DNA of 64,000 nucleotides from Nitrospirota bacterium (GTDB lineage Bacteria; Nitrospirota; UBA9217): NCBI GenBank assembly GCA_963741205.1, contig CAVUHW010000020.1:64001-128000 (forward strand), written 5' to 3'. Positions 44,167 through 55,025 of this stretch are shown piece by piece; position 1 is the first letter of the stretch; each line of letters starts with the position of its first letter. Below the pieces are notes generated by a model that saw only the letters and a list, made by a program, of their open reading frames with translations, made no database searches and was not told the DNA's origin. A program made the position numbers and the translations under genes.

Positions 44167-45300
44167 ATGAACACAATTAAAAAAAATAATCACCAAGGTA
44201 TCAAAGGCCAAACGCATTGATGCCGACGAAGGCCTTGCCCTTGTTCAGACAGGCCGACCTCCTCACCTTCGGGGAACTCGCGAACAGCGTGCGGAAGAGG
44301 CTCCACCCCGAGCGGCTCGTGACCTTCGTCGTGGACCGCAATATCAATTACACCAATATCTGCGTGAATAAATGCGCCTTCTGCGCCTTCTACCGCGATG
44401 CGGACAGCCCCGAGGCCTATATCCTGACCAAGGAAGAAATATTCAAAAAGATCGAAGAGACGATTGCCCAGGGCGGCACGCAGATACTCATGCAGGGCGG
44501 CGTGCATCCCGATCTCGGGATAGAATATTTCGAAGATCTCTTTTCCTCCATTAAATCCCGATTCACCATCCAGATCCATTCGCTTTCTCCGGCGGAAATC
44601 ACCTTTCTGGCGGAAAAAAGCGAATATCAGCCTCATGGATACGCTCAAACGCCTGAGAGCGTCGGGGCTCGATTCCATTCCCGGCGGCGGCGCGGAGATC
44701 CTCGTCGACCGGGTGAGAAAAAAGGTCAGCCCGAACAAGATACGCTGGCGGCAGTGGGCCGACGTGATGAAGGCGGCGCACCAACTCGGCATGCCGTCTA
44801 CCGCGACCATGATGTTCGGAAGCGTCGAGACGGACAAGGAGATTGTCGAGCATCTCGTCAGGCTCAGGGACATCCAGGATGAGACCGGAGGTTTTACCGC
44901 TTTCATCCCCTGGACCTATCAACCGGGCAATACGAAGCTCGGAGGCAGATCGGCAACTGCCGTCGAATATCTAAAGGTCCTTGCCCTTTCACGCATCATG
45001 CTCGACAATTTTGAAAATATTCAGGCATCATGGGTGACACAGGGAGCGAAAATCGCCCAGGTTGCTCTCGAATTCGGAGCAAACGACTTCGGCAGCACGA
45101 TGATAGAAGAAAATGTCGTCGCCGCAGCGGGAGTGACATTCAGAATGACGAAGCAGGAGATCATTAATTTGATAAAAGATGCAGGTTACTGCCCGGCCCA
45201 GCGGGATACAACGTATCATATTCTGAAGAAAGAAGACCTAAAGTTAGAAAATGCGTTTGGAAAAAATGTGACTATCGGGAAAATGACTAGAGCAGAATGA
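44167..45300 (+). CDS. mqnC: Cyclic dehypoxanthinyl futalosine synthase (radical SAM; split)
   Basis: VDRNINYTNICVNKCAFCAFYR, MQGG, AFIPWTYQ, NIQASWVTQG, NDFGSTMIEENVV. Confidence 0.94.
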
Positions 45301-45354
45301 ACTGGTAGAGATTACAATTGAGAATGATTTTATTTTCGAAAACAATAAAAAAAT

Positions 45355-45491
45355 GGTGAATAACTTTTAATAACTAGGGCTTATCTGAACTTTTCACAAA
45401 AGCTGTGGACAAGATGTTATTAACTCTGTGAATATCTTTTTTTTAATCGCTTCCTTCGCATAAAATGTGTAAATTGCCTAATAAATAGGCA
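45355..45491. promoter_or_regulatory. Cluster of DnaA-box-like 9-mers in an AT-rich convergent spacer
   Basis: Five one-mismatch matches to TTWTNCACA at 45355, 45390, 45404, 45427 and 45466, plus palindrome TGCCTA-ATAAA-TAGGCA. Confidence 0.55.
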
Positions 45492-45516
45492 TTTTTATTC
45501 CAATTAAATCAATTAG

Positions 45517-46785
45517 TTATAATTGCATGGCAAAATTTACGTCTTTTTTCACGTCGGTAATCCTTATTGTAATTTTCTCCCCAATCTGATCCTTTCCACC
45601 ATTGTTTATCTGCACTCTAATGTAATTATCCGTGAGTCCTGAAAGCATGCCCGTTTGTGGATCTACCTTATCTTCGACCACCACTTGAAGATTAACACCT
45701 TGCTGTTTTTTTCTGAATGCATAGTTTTTTTCTTTCCCCAAACTTCGAAGCGCTTCACTCCGTTCTTTTTTAGTTGTTTCGGGAACCTGTTCCTTCATTG
45801 AAGCTGCAGCAGTTCCTGGACGCGGTGAATAGCTGAACACGTGGAGATGAGTCAGCGGGGCTGATTCCACGAGACGCATGGTATTTCTAAATTCAGATTC
45901 ACCTTCTCCGGGGTATCCGACCATCACATCCGCGCCGAGAGCGACTCCGGGAACCTCCTGGGCGATTTGTTCAAGCAGCTTATGATAGAAGGCGGCAGTA
46001 TAATTTCTCTTCATCGACGACAATATTGCATCATCTCCACTCTGGAGCGGTATGTGCAGATGCCTGCAAACGCCGTTGCCGAGCAAACGAATGATCCCTT
46101 CTGTGATTTCGCGCGGCTCAATTGAACTCAGACGGATCCTCGAGCAAACTCTCCTCTCGGATAGCGTCGTGAGCATGTCCGTTAAGCTGATACGCTCGGC
46201 AAGCTCGTCGCCATAGGTCCCAATATGAATACCGGTGAGTACGATCTCGGGGCAACCGTCCTTCACGAGGCTGTCGAATTCCTTTGTCACCGCCGAAGGC
46301 GAGACGCTGCGCGACCCGCCGCGGGCCAGGGGAACGATGCAATAGGAACAGCGGTTATTGCATCCGTCCTGTATCTTAAGAAACGCCCTCGTTCTTCCCC
46401 GCACTGCCCTTGCCGGAACAAAATCCCGATACTGCTCCCGCGCCGCAGTTGCCGGTAGCATGAGGTGATGAACGATATTCGACTTTTCGCGATTTCCGAT
46501 AACGAGGTTCACGCCGGGAATGTTCCGGATGTCATCAGGCCTGGTCTCTGCGTAACAGCCGGTCACCACGACCTTTGCCCCCTGCCCTCTGCGGACCGCG
46601 GACCTGATCGTCTGACGGCATTGCATATCACTTTTTGCGGTAACTGAACAGGTATTGATAATGTAGACATCCGCCTCTTGGTCAAAGGCGACGACGGTGT
46701 TCCCCCGGGCAGTCAGGTCCTGTCTCAGGAGGTCCGTTTCATACTGGTTGATTTTGCATCCGAGGGTCGCAAAGGCTATTCGCAA
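45517..46785 (-). CDS. mtaB: tRNA t6A methylthiotransferase
   Basis: TLGCKINQYE, INTCSVT, RTRAFLKIQDGCNNRCSYC, GLTDNY. Confidence 0.95.
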   Translation of the reverse strand: MRIAFATLGCKINQYETDLLRQDLTARGNTVVAFDQEADVYIINTCSVTAKSDMQCRQTIRSAVRRGQGAKVVVTGCYAETRPDDIRNIPGVNLVIGNREKSNIVHHLMLPATAAREQYRDFVPARAVRGRTRAFLKIQDGCNNRCSYCIVPLARGGSRSVSPSAVTKEFDSLVKDGCPEIVLTGIHIGTYGDELAERISLTDMLTTLSERRVCSRIRLSSIEPREITEGIIRLLGNGVCRHLHIPLQSGDDAILSSMKRNYTAAFYHKLLEQIAQEVPGVALGADVMVGYPGEGESEFRNTMRLVESAPLTHLHVFSYSPRPGTAAASMKEQVPETTKKERSEALRSLGKEKNYAFRKKQQGVNLQVVVEDKVDPQTGMLSGLTDNYIRVQINNGGKDQIGEKITIRITDVKKDVNFAMQL

Positions 46786-46815
46786 GGTCGCTATGCTCCA
46801 GGGGAATTTTTAATT

Positions 46816-46910
46816 GTCCTTCCGGCACGGTTCTAGCCGGAATCCAGCGACTTTGATTATCATGTTATTTGGCGAAACCTGGATTCCCGATAGATGCATT
46901 CGGGAATGAC
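46816..46910. repeat. GTC(A/C)TTCC...GGAATGAC palindromic element
   Basis: GTCCTTCCGGCACGGTTCTAGCCGGAATCCAG...CTGGATTCCCGA...TCGGGAATGAC. Confidence 0.8.
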
Positions 46911-46940
46911 AAAAAAGTGCGCTGTTGCGATACGGACTCG

Positions 46941-48250
46941 TCAAATGATAATTCCCGTGAGAGAGTTCACCCCTGCGGAAGCGATCTTCACGGTGACGGT
47001 CGAGCCGATAAGGGACGGGGAAGCCGTGACGTTCACCGCCTTGTTGCCCCTGGTCCTCCCGGTGATCATTCCGCCTTTCTTGCTGGAACCGTCGAGGAGG
47101 ACCTCCTGGATGGTGCCTATCAAGTCGCGGTTCTTTTGAACGGAAATCTTCTTCTGGAGCGCCAGGACCTGCTCCAGCCTCTTTTCCTTGATATCTTCAG
47201 GCAGATGACCGGAAAGCTTAAGGGCAGCGGTCCCCGGTCTCTTTGAATATTTAAACGCAAAGATACCGTCATAACGCACCTGGTCAAGGAGCTGCACCGT
47301 CAGCTCGAAATCCTTGTCCGATTCTCCGGGAAAGCCGACGATGATGTCGGTGGTGAGCGTAATATCGGGAACGGCCTCTCGAAGCCTCTCCACCTTTTCG
47401 AGATAGTCCTGACGGCTGTATCTCCTGTTCATGGACGCGAGGACCCGGTCGGAACCGCTCTGGACCGGCAGGTGGAGCGACTCGCAGACTTTCGGGAGCT
47501 CGCGGACCGCCGTGATCAGCCTGTCGGAGAGGTCCCGGGGATGGGACGTCACGAACCGGATTCGATCGATTCCTTGGAACATCGTTCACCCTCGCCGAGG
47601 AGCGCGGGAAAATCCACACCGTCCGTTCGTCCTTTACCGTATGAGTTGACGTTCTGTCCCAAAAGGGTCACTTCCTTATACCCAAGTCCTGCCAGATCAC
47701 GGACCTCTTGAACGATGTCCTCCGGCCTGCGTGAACGCTCCCTGCCCCTCAGGTACGGCACGACGCAGTAGGTGCAGAAATTGTCGCAGCCGTACATGAT
47801 GGAGACCCAGGCCTTGAGCTTGTCTGTGCGGGCAGCGGGAAGCTGTTTTTGATGATAGTCGGGATCGCCCGCGGTGTCGACGAGAGGCGCGCGGAGGGAT
47901 TTCTTCTTCTCTATCAGAGCTGGAATACGCCCGAGGTCCGAAGGCCCGAAGATCATATCGACGTAGGGCGCACGGGAGAGGATAGCCGCGCCTTCCTGCT
48001 GGGCAATGCACCCGGCAACGGCTATGATCAGGCCCGGATTCTTCACCTTGAGGTCCTTCAATCTGCCCAGTTCGCTGAAAAACTTCTGTTCGGCCTTTTC
48101 CCGGATGCTGCACGTATTCAGAATGACCATGTCCGCCCCCTCGGCGCCGGCCGAAGGCGCGCAGCCGCCTGCGTCAAGAATGCCTGCCATGCGCTCGGAA
48201 TCGTGCTCGTTCATCTGGCAGCCGAAGGTAATGATATGATACGATTTCAA
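46941..48250 (-). CDS. miaB: tRNA i6A37 methylthiotransferase (split)
   Basis: TFGCQMNEHDSE, NTCSIREKAEQK, GCDNFCTYCVVPYLRGRERSR, TSHPRD; TRAM domain. Confidence 0.96.
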
Positions 48251-48272
48251 CTGAAAACGCCTTTCTCCAAAA

Positions 48273-48314
48273 CTCCTCCCCCTCGATGGGGGAGGAATTC
48301 AAAGGTGGGGGTGA
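48273..48314. repeat. C-rich/G-rich palindromic intergenic element
   Basis: TCCTCCCCCTCGATGGGGGAGGA hairpin followed by GGTGGGGGTGA. Confidence 0.55.
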
Positions 48315-48469
48315 TGGTTGAGAGGCCGACAAACGTCGATGTTCATTTCCCGTGGTAAACGCAGTTCATAGACGATTCACGGAAGGAATATTATAATACG
48401 CAGGGGATTTTGAAACAAGGGATATATTTCGAAAAGAAAAGGGGGCGCAGGTAGCGCTGCGCGGAGGTG

Positions 48470-49273
48470 TTATCGGGCGACACTCAGCCGGACGACTTCT
48501 CCACGTTTCACGGACAGGGCGGTTCGGGCGTTCTGTTTGAACAGGAATATTTCAAGGGCACCGGAGCTGTTGAAAATCGCTCCCGGCTCGCCGGGGGTCG
48601 CCTCGGCATAGTATTTTTTGAAGCCCTTTATCTCCCTCCCGGCGATCGTAACGCTGGCGGAACCCGCATCGGTCCCTCCGGCGAGGAGCGGCTGAACGTC
48701 CTTGTACAGAATATCCGTAATGATATTCCCAAAGCGGTCGATGTGGATGACACGTCCTTCAATGCCGCCCGCCGTCACTTTCAGGACGGGCACATTGAGC
48801 TTCGCGAAGTCCGTAATTTCCTCTCCGAAATGGCCCGAGGGAATGCCCTTGGCAATCCATCCCGCGACGGGAGCGAAGATGTCCCTGCCGTGGAACGTGG
48901 GGCCCGGGTTGGGAAGAAAGTAATGGGTCGAGGTGATATGATGCACCCGCAGGCGCTCGGCATCGTTGTAGACGAGACTGAAGATCCCGTTGTCGGGACC
49001 GACGAAATAATAACTTTCCGTCACGGCAATAATCGGTCTCCTGCCGCTTCCGACGCCGGGATCGACGACGGCGAGGTGAATCGTCCCCTTCGGGAAATGA
49101 CTATAGGCGGACTTTAAAACATATGCGGCTTCCCATACGTCCTGCGGAGTGATTTCATTGGATATGTCGATGATTTGAGCTTGCGGATTGATCTTGAGGA
49201 TTACCCCTTTGACGCTTGCGGTAAATGAATCTTTCGCCCCGTAATCGGTTGTCAGCGTTATAATGACGGGCAT
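48470..49273 (-). CDS. SAM hydrolase (DUF62; SAM-dependent chlorinase/fluorinase family)
   Basis: ITLTTDYG, VVDPGVGSGRR, GPDNG, TFHGRDIFAP, IDRFGN. Confidence 0.93.
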   Translation of the reverse strand: MPVIITLTTDYGAKDSFTASVKGVILKINPQAQIIDISNEITPQDVWEAAYVLKSAYSHFPKGTIHLAVVDPGVGSGRRPIIAVTESYYFVGPDNGIFSLVYNDAERLRVHHITSTHYFLPNPGPTFHGRDIFAPVAGWIAKGIPSGHFGEEITDFAKLNVPVLKVTAGGIEGRVIHIDRFGNIITDILYKDVQPLLAGGTDAGSASVTIAGREIKGFKKYYAEATPGEPGAIFNSSGALEIFLFKQNARTALSVKRGEVVRLSVAR

Positions 49274-49415
49274 CCATCCCCCAGAATGACTTACATGGTA
49301 AAAACTGCAGGAATAATATCAGCCCCTGTCCGCTTTGTCAACTTATTAAGGGTTTCGATGCACAAACGACAGAGCGCCTCGAGCATCGGGATCCATGGCA
49401 GGCATTCATCCCTTC

Positions 49416-50728
49416 TCAATATGAATACGCCGTCGAGATCGTGATCATCCACCCCCGGATATCGGCGGTCTGAATCGAAGTGTTGTCGCGGATGATCTGG
49501 GCTTGGCCCTTCCCATAGGTCAGACCGCCGCCAAGGGTCACGGACGTGTTCCTCGTAAAGTGGCTTAAGCTCGCCGTAAGACCGTAAATGTCAATGTGTT
49601 CAGGCTGATTGACGCCGCCCTCGATGAGTTTCGGCGTGTTGGAAAAATCCGTATAGAAGCCTGCCCTCGTGGCCCAGTATTTGTTTAAATAGTACTCGGC
49701 GCCGAGAGCTATGTTCAGGACGTCTGCGAAGGGTTCAGACTTTTTTTTGAACATTACGATGTCACTGGCGCTGTTTGTCGGTGAAGTACTTGAAGTCGGC
49801 GGACAGCAAGAGACTCGATGACGGGAACCATGCAACCCCCAGGCTGATCTGCTTCGGCATCGTGCGCTTGGCGTTCGAGGTGGACGGTCCGTCAGGCAAG
49901 TCTCGGACCAAGGCGCCTGTGGGGTTATCTTTATCAGCTATGTTTACCCGCGTGTCGCTCGAATGGAAACTGGTATCGGACTGAATAATAAAAACCTTCG
50001 AAAGCGCAAGACCGATCGAAACATTGTCTTCCGGCGACCACATGAACCCCAGAATAGGCCGTACGCCCCATTCCGTGGAGTGGAAATAATCCGTCGTTTG
50101 TTCAGAGCCGCCAGTTGCTCGTCTTGATGATCTGGTTCAGAATGCGCAGGGTCTTCCGCTCGTAATAGTACAGCGTGAGTCCTGCGGAGATCTTGTCAGT
50201 CAGTTCCTTCGCCATTGACGGCCCGATGTTGTAGGTATTGTTCTCGTCGTTAAAATTGATAAGATACGAAGTGATCGTGACGCCGGGGTTGAACGGCTGC
50301 AGGGCGGAGCTCAGTTGCAGATTATGGAATGTCTGTTCCTGGTCCGTCGTGGTTGAATCGGGCAAGGCATAGGAAAATCCGACCTTGTAGTCTCCCAGGG
50401 GCATGATCACACCGAAATAGTTCGGTAGTACGGCTGACGATCTTCGTATCCAACCGTTGCCGCCGATTACGTCCCGGTAAGTTTTTTTTGAGTAATTGTA
50501 CCCGTTGACGCTCGCCGACAGGTTCCTTTCGGCCGTATAGGCGATTCCCGCGGGGTTGTAGGCGAGCCCCGTTGCATCATCGGAAACGGCGGTATAGGCG
50601 CCTCCCATACCCGATGCCCGGTCTCCGACGAGAATATTTGTGTAGTGAAAATCATCGGCCAGGGCGGCTGTAGCGCTGAATGCGCCCATACCCAGAAGCA
50701 GAACCAAACCCCATGCTCTTCGAACCAT
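49416..50728 (-). CDS. FadL/OmpP1-like outer-membrane beta-barrel protein (split)
   Basis: Signal peptide; GDRASGMGGAYTAVSDDATGLAYNPAG; terminal ...STAYSY. Confidence 0.8.
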
Positions 50729-50758
50729 GCTCTCCCCCTGCCGGCATCGCCCACGCGG

Positions 50759-51610
50759 TTATTGTGTCATGGCTTTCATGTTTTCGGTAAACCGGTTCTC
50801 GTACATCCTGTAATCGCCCGAGTCAAGCCCTTCCCGAACAATGGCGGCCTTGAGCCAGTCGATTCTGTCCTCCGCCGCGGGATGCGTTTTGTCGAACGTT
50901 TCAGTCTGTTTGCCCTTGAGTTCGCCGACCCGCTTAACGAACCGCATCAGCCCGTCCGGGTCGTATCCGGCCATAGCGCAGAAAAGGAGCGCGTCCTTGT
51001 CGGCCCGTATCTCGTCCTGCCGTTTGTAGCCGTCCTTGAGGAGAATATTCATCGCCTTGTCCACGGCCTTTCTAAAGGCGACCCGCGCGGGATCAGAACC
51101 ACCGCCGATGACCTCATGCAGACTGGAGGCAGCCGCGCTTTCGATACCGTGGATCTTGAGTTCCGTGACCGCATGTTTCTCGGAGATATGCCCCAATTCA
51201 TGAGCGAGTACTCCGGCAAGTTCGGCCTCATCCCGCATCGCCCGCAGGGCCCCCTGCGTTATAAAAACATAGCCGCCGGGAGCGGCAAAGGCGTTGATCT
51301 CATCGCTTTTTAAAACCGCAAAGTAGAATTCAAGCTCCGGTCGATTGGTGACTTGTGCGAGCGCGTGGCCGACGAGATTAACGTATTCCATGATCTGAAG
51401 GTTGTCGTACAACCCATACCGGCCGATGACCCTTGCCGCAACTTCCCTCCCGAACTGGATCTCTTCGGTAAGGTCCGACATTGCCACGGTATCGTACTCG
51501 GACGATATCCTCTTGTGCCGAGTCTCTTCCGAGTGAAAAGCTGGCACGGTCGCGGGGCAGGCAATGAAGAGCGCGAGCAAGACACCAGTCGTAATGGCCG
51601 TCGATTTCAT
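50759..51610 (-). CDS. M48 family metallopeptidase, exported
   Basis: INAFAAPGG, ELAGVLAHELGH, EIRAD, GYDP, THP. Confidence 0.9.
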   Translation of the reverse strand: MKSTAITTGVLLALFIACPATVPAFHSEETRHKRISSEYDTVAMSDLTEEIQFGREVAARVIGRYGLYDNLQIMEYVNLVGHALAQVTNRPELEFYFAVLKSDEINAFAAPGGYVFITQGALRAMRDEAELAGVLAHELGHISEKHAVTELKIHGIESAAASSLHEVIGGGSDPARVAFRKAVDKAMNILLKDGYKRQDEIRADKDALLFCAMAGYDPDGLMRFVKRVGELKGKQTETFDKTHPAAEDRIDWLKAAIVREGLDSGDYRMYENRFTENMKAMTQ

Positions 51611-51612
51611 GA

Positions 51613-52077
51613 CTACCTTCCCTCCATGAACCGCTTGACCTCACGGGAGCTCATCGTGAACAACTCGATCTTTTCCAGGGATTCATAGTCAGCCTGTTTA
51701 TCGCGGTCCGGCCCTTTCCGGCTATCTGTGGACAGAGCGGATATTTCTGAGGCGCGTCGGCGAAAGCCGGTCCTCATTTCCTGCGCGTCACCCGTGAAGA
51801 CCGTTGCCTCATTGAGCGGCGGATGCGTTAAAAGCACGAGGGAAGGAACATAGCCATCCTGATTGTTATACGTTACTTTCGTCCATTCGCCGTCATTCCC
51901 CGATGAGAGGAATTTATAACCTCTGCCGACCTCTCCTAGAACCGTGGACTTGAACGTGGCCCCGGACATCACCTTTACCGTGGCGCTCTGGACGTAGTAC
52001 GCAGTCTCGGCATACACGGTTTGTGGAGGGGAAATTACAGCCAGGATAAATGCCAGCAACACAATCGTCTTTTGCAT
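51613..52077 (-). CDS. Exported SH3b-like domain protein
   Basis: Signal peptide; YVQS...GEWTKVTYNNQDGYV. Confidence 0.75.
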   Translation of the reverse strand: MQKTIVLLAFILAVISPPQTVYAETAYYVQSATVKVMSGATFKSTVLGEVGRGYKFLSSGNDGEWTKVTYNNQDGYVPSLVLLTHPPLNEATVFTGDAQEMRTGFRRRASEISALSTDSRKGPDRDKQADYESLEKIELFTMSSREVKRFMEGR

Positions 52078-52325
52078 AGAACACCTCCCGATTGAACACG
52101 CCGGGCAAGGATTGAAATAACGATTTCCCTGGTCATGGCGCTATCTTTCGGTACTCACAAATTCTACTCGAAACCGTCATATCTGTAAAGGGGATAGCGC
52201 CGCAGCACCACGACGACGGGCCGTCTCCGTTCGTATTCAAAGCAACCGGCCATCATTTCGGTGTATCGCATCGTCCGCCCGCAGCTGTCATACAGCTTGA
52301 GTTGACATCTTCCCGTCGAATGGGG

Positions 52326-53750
52326 TTATCGTGAGGGATCATCGTCGCCGGGCTCGACAATGACGGTCCGGCGTCGGGTCAGGTGAACGAGTCCCGGTTT
52401 TGCCCCTTTCGGTTTCCTGACGAATCGGGCAAGGGTATAGGTGATCGGCACCTTGCCCGCTGTCTTCCCTTTGCTGTGCAAAGCCGCCAGCGCCGCGGCT
52501 TTCAGGAGTATGTCGGACGGGATGTCCCTCTTCAAAGGGTTCCTGACCAGGACGTGAGAGCCGGGCAGCCCCTCCGCGTGCAGCCAGAGGTCGTCGGGCC
52601 GGGCAAGCTTCGTGGTGAGTTCGTCATTGGCGGCGGCGTTACCGCCTATGAGGATTTCCCATCCGCTAAAAAGTATTTTTCTGATTCTGGAATCTCCGGC
52701 AACAGGTTTCCGGCGCTTTTCTTTTCTACCCTGCTTGTACGGTGTACCGCGGCGGGTCTCCTGCAATAAGCGGCGGAGCGCATCATCATCCTCGATTGCC
52801 TCGAGTTCGGCGAGCCGCGATTGTATAAGAGATATTTCCTCATCCGTTCGGCGCAGTCGCGCTTCGATGAGCGGAAGGCCCGCCTTGGCCTTTTTGTATT
52901 TTCTGAAATACGCTTCTGCATTTTCCTTCGGAGTGCGCCCTGGGTCCAGCGTGAGCGCGACAGGAACGCCGTCATACCCAGGCAGTTCGACGGATTCCAT
53001 GCCCGTCTTTAACTGCCGCAGGTTGGCCAGGATCAAGTCGCCCTTTTGACGGTAGGTCTCCGACAGTTGCGCGGAGCGCATGTCCGTTGCCACGGCCTCG
53101 CGCCTGCGCAAAGTCCTTCTCAATGTTTGATTGAGAGAAGAACGGACCTCTGCTCTTAAAGCCGCGGTATGCTCCCGGTCGGTGAGGCGCTGGTAATAGT
53201 TTTCCGCAGCCTCGTTCGGAGACGAGGAGTGAGCGATGGACGCGGCGGCCGTAAGCGGTGCGGATTGGTTCTTTTTCTGAGGCGGGATGTATTGTACGCC
53301 GGGCATGAGCAATCGCGACGCCTGTGCGGAGGCCGGCGCCGGATGATACGAGGCAAGAATTCGAAGATCGGCATCGGTGAAAAAAAGGTTCGTCGATGAG
53401 CCGGTCAACTCGAAGAAAAGGTGATGTTCGATATCGTCTTTTATAAAACGAAATTCGACGATCCTGTCGTTGTTCAGCAAAACAATATCCGCCAACCGGC
53501 TTCCAGGGAGACGACTTCTCAAATTGAGCACAAGGGGATGAGGATCGGAGGCTGACCGGGGTTTTTTGCTCACAAGGTGCGTGCGCGGCAGGGAACGATC
53601 GGGAGAAACCAGGAGCGTGAAATTCTTCCGGTCTTTTCTGAACAACAGGTACAGCCCGCCGTCTTCTCCTTGCAGCACCCGCTCCACTCGCGCACCGGTG
53701 AGCAGAGATGAAAGCTCTTCAACGACCGGCGTGAGTATGTCAAAGTGCAT
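52326..53750 (-). CDS. rqcH: NFACT/RqcH (FbpA-like) ribosome quality control protein
   Basis: DRIVEF...FELTGSSTNL, ENAEAYFRKYKK, WLHAEGLPGSHV, KPKGAKPG. Confidence 0.88.
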   Translation of the reverse strand: MHFDILTPVVEELSSLLTGARVERVLQGEDGGLYLLFRKDRKNFTLLVSPDRSLPRTHLVSKKPRSASDPHPLVLNLRSRLPGSRLADIVLLNNDRIVEFRFIKDDIEHHLFFELTGSSTNLFFTDADLRILASYHPAPASAQASRLLMPGVQYIPPQKKNQSAPLTAAASIAHSSSPNEAAENYYQRLTDREHTAALRAEVRSSLNQTLRRTLRRREAVATDMRSAQLSETYRQKGDLILANLRQLKTGMESVELPGYDGVPVALTLDPGRTPKENAEAYFRKYKKAKAGLPLIEARLRRTDEEISLIQSRLAELEAIEDDDALRRLLQETRRGTPYKQGRKEKRRKPVAGDSRIRKILFSGWEILIGGNAAANDELTTKLARPDDLWLHAEGLPGSHVLVRNPLKRDIPSDILLKAAALAALHSKGKTAGKVPITYTLARFVRKPKGAKPGLVHLTRRRTVIVEPGDDDPSR

Positions 53751-53786
53751 GAAGAATGCTCCTCTCCGTGCTACGACCCTTTTCCC

Positions 53787-53922
53787 GTCATTTCCCGCAA
53801 CGCGGGACTCTGCCGGCCTGCTCCGATTTTATCGGAGCATGGTTTAAGCCGGAATCCAGTTGTTTTCTTTTGTTTTTTTACCTACAAAACTCAGACTCCC
53901 GAGAGAGGTGTTCGGGAATGAC
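53787..53922. repeat. GTCAT...GGAATGAC element with nested short hairpin inserts
   Basis: Same termini as 46816 and 60550, with CCTGCTCCGATTTTATCGGAG inserted at CCGG|CATGG. Confidence 0.7.
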
Positions 53923-53982
53923 AACAAGGTGTTGCCGTAGTATTCGGGAGTGGGATGTTTTATTCCGCATTTACGCCATTCA

Positions 53983-54741
53983 TCATGGCACATTCAGCAT
54001 CTTATGGGCCTGCGGGATGACCCGCACATCCCGGATGATCCCGAGAGCGGCGTCCTGAAAATCTATCAGTGTCTTTGCGTCAGGCGCCAGCGGACCGCCC
54101 GCAGGCTGGAGAACAAGTGGTATGGATGTGTCACGCTTCGCGATGAGGCGCGCCGAAAAAAGGATGTCGGCCATCTGCGTGTCCCGGGTCACCACAGCTT
54201 TGACAAAAAGCAGGGTATGGGTTGCCGCCGCTAAAAACCGCTCATGTTCTTCCCAATACGGACGAAGACCGGTGGCTGAGGGGAGCTTGAAGTCCATGCT
54301 CACGATATCGACCATGGTTCCGAGGGAGTCCATGGCATCATAATGAATGCCGTTTGTTTCAAGATAGACGCGATAGTCCCGCTTCAGCGCCGGAAGCCAC
54401 TGGGTCAGGAATGCATGCTGCAACAACGGCTCACCTCCAGTCAGGCTGATCGTGGACCGAGACGGGCCGGGGATGGACAGACGCGCGCACAATTCAGTAA
54501 GTTGGGCGGCTGACACAGGGTTCGGGACCCTCTCGTATACAGCCGGCATACGCGGTGCGGTCTGGACCCTGCAGAATTCCCGGACGCCGTCGCCCTCAGG
54601 TTCCGTTATGGCCGCGGGAGTATCACAATAACGGCAACGCATATCGCAGCCCTGGAACCTGACAAAAATGTGACGTTCCCCTATCCAAGGGCCCTCTCCT
54701 TGAATGGAAACAAATACTTCGCTGAGGCGGGCATGGGTCAT
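53983..54741 (-). CDS. queE: 7-carboxy-7-deazaguanine synthase
   Basis: EVFVSIQGEG, FVRFQGCDMRCRYCDT, LTGGEPL, LETNG, PQAHK. Confidence 0.92.
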   Translation of the reverse strand: MTHARLSEVFVSIQGEGPWIGERHIFVRFQGCDMRCRYCDTPAAITEPEGDGVREFCRVQTAPRMPAVYERVPNPVSAAQLTELCARLSIPGPSRSTISLTGGEPLLQHAFLTQWLPALKRDYRVYLETNGIHYDAMDSLGTMVDIVSMDFKLPSATGLRPYWEEHERFLAAATHTLLFVKAVVTRDTQMADILFSARLIAKRDTSIPLVLQPAGGPLAPDAKTLIDFQDAALGIIRDVRVIPQAHKMLNVP

Positions 54742-55025
54742 GGTGCAATAATACAGAACTGCGATCTGAATTACAAGGGTTGACGCGGGCCGGTAGTGGT
54801 CGGTTTGACCTGCCAGCGGATTCAGTGTGAAGAAATATGGTCTTTCTGCCATGCTAAAGAGAAAAACATTCCTGCCGATAAGAAAGGCACTATGGGTATG
54901 GGGATGTTTATATGGGGACGGGCGATCAGCACGTATAAATTGAAACTGACCCACAACCCGCTGGCCATTATTTCTTGACAAACAAGTGTGAAAGATGTAA
55001 CTTTAGAACTAAATGAGGAGACCTG

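Noticed and set aside
48470-49273. Fluorinase/chlorinase for halometabolite synthesis
   Set aside because: The Asp/Arg/His motifs and housekeeping context fit the common DUF62 SAM hydrolase, and no biosynthetic cluster is nearby.
52078-52325. Cyclic-dinucleotide (GEMM-I) riboswitch in this leader, or upstream of pilA or the cytochromes
   Set aside because: Only short fragments such as GATGGCCGGTTGC resemble the motif. I could not build the P1/P2 GNRA-receptor architecture by eye; an Infernal scan is needed.
54742-54981. preQ1 riboswitch or N-terminal extension of queE
   Set aside because: No preQ1 consensus is visible; the extension spans the divergent promoter region shared with mltD.
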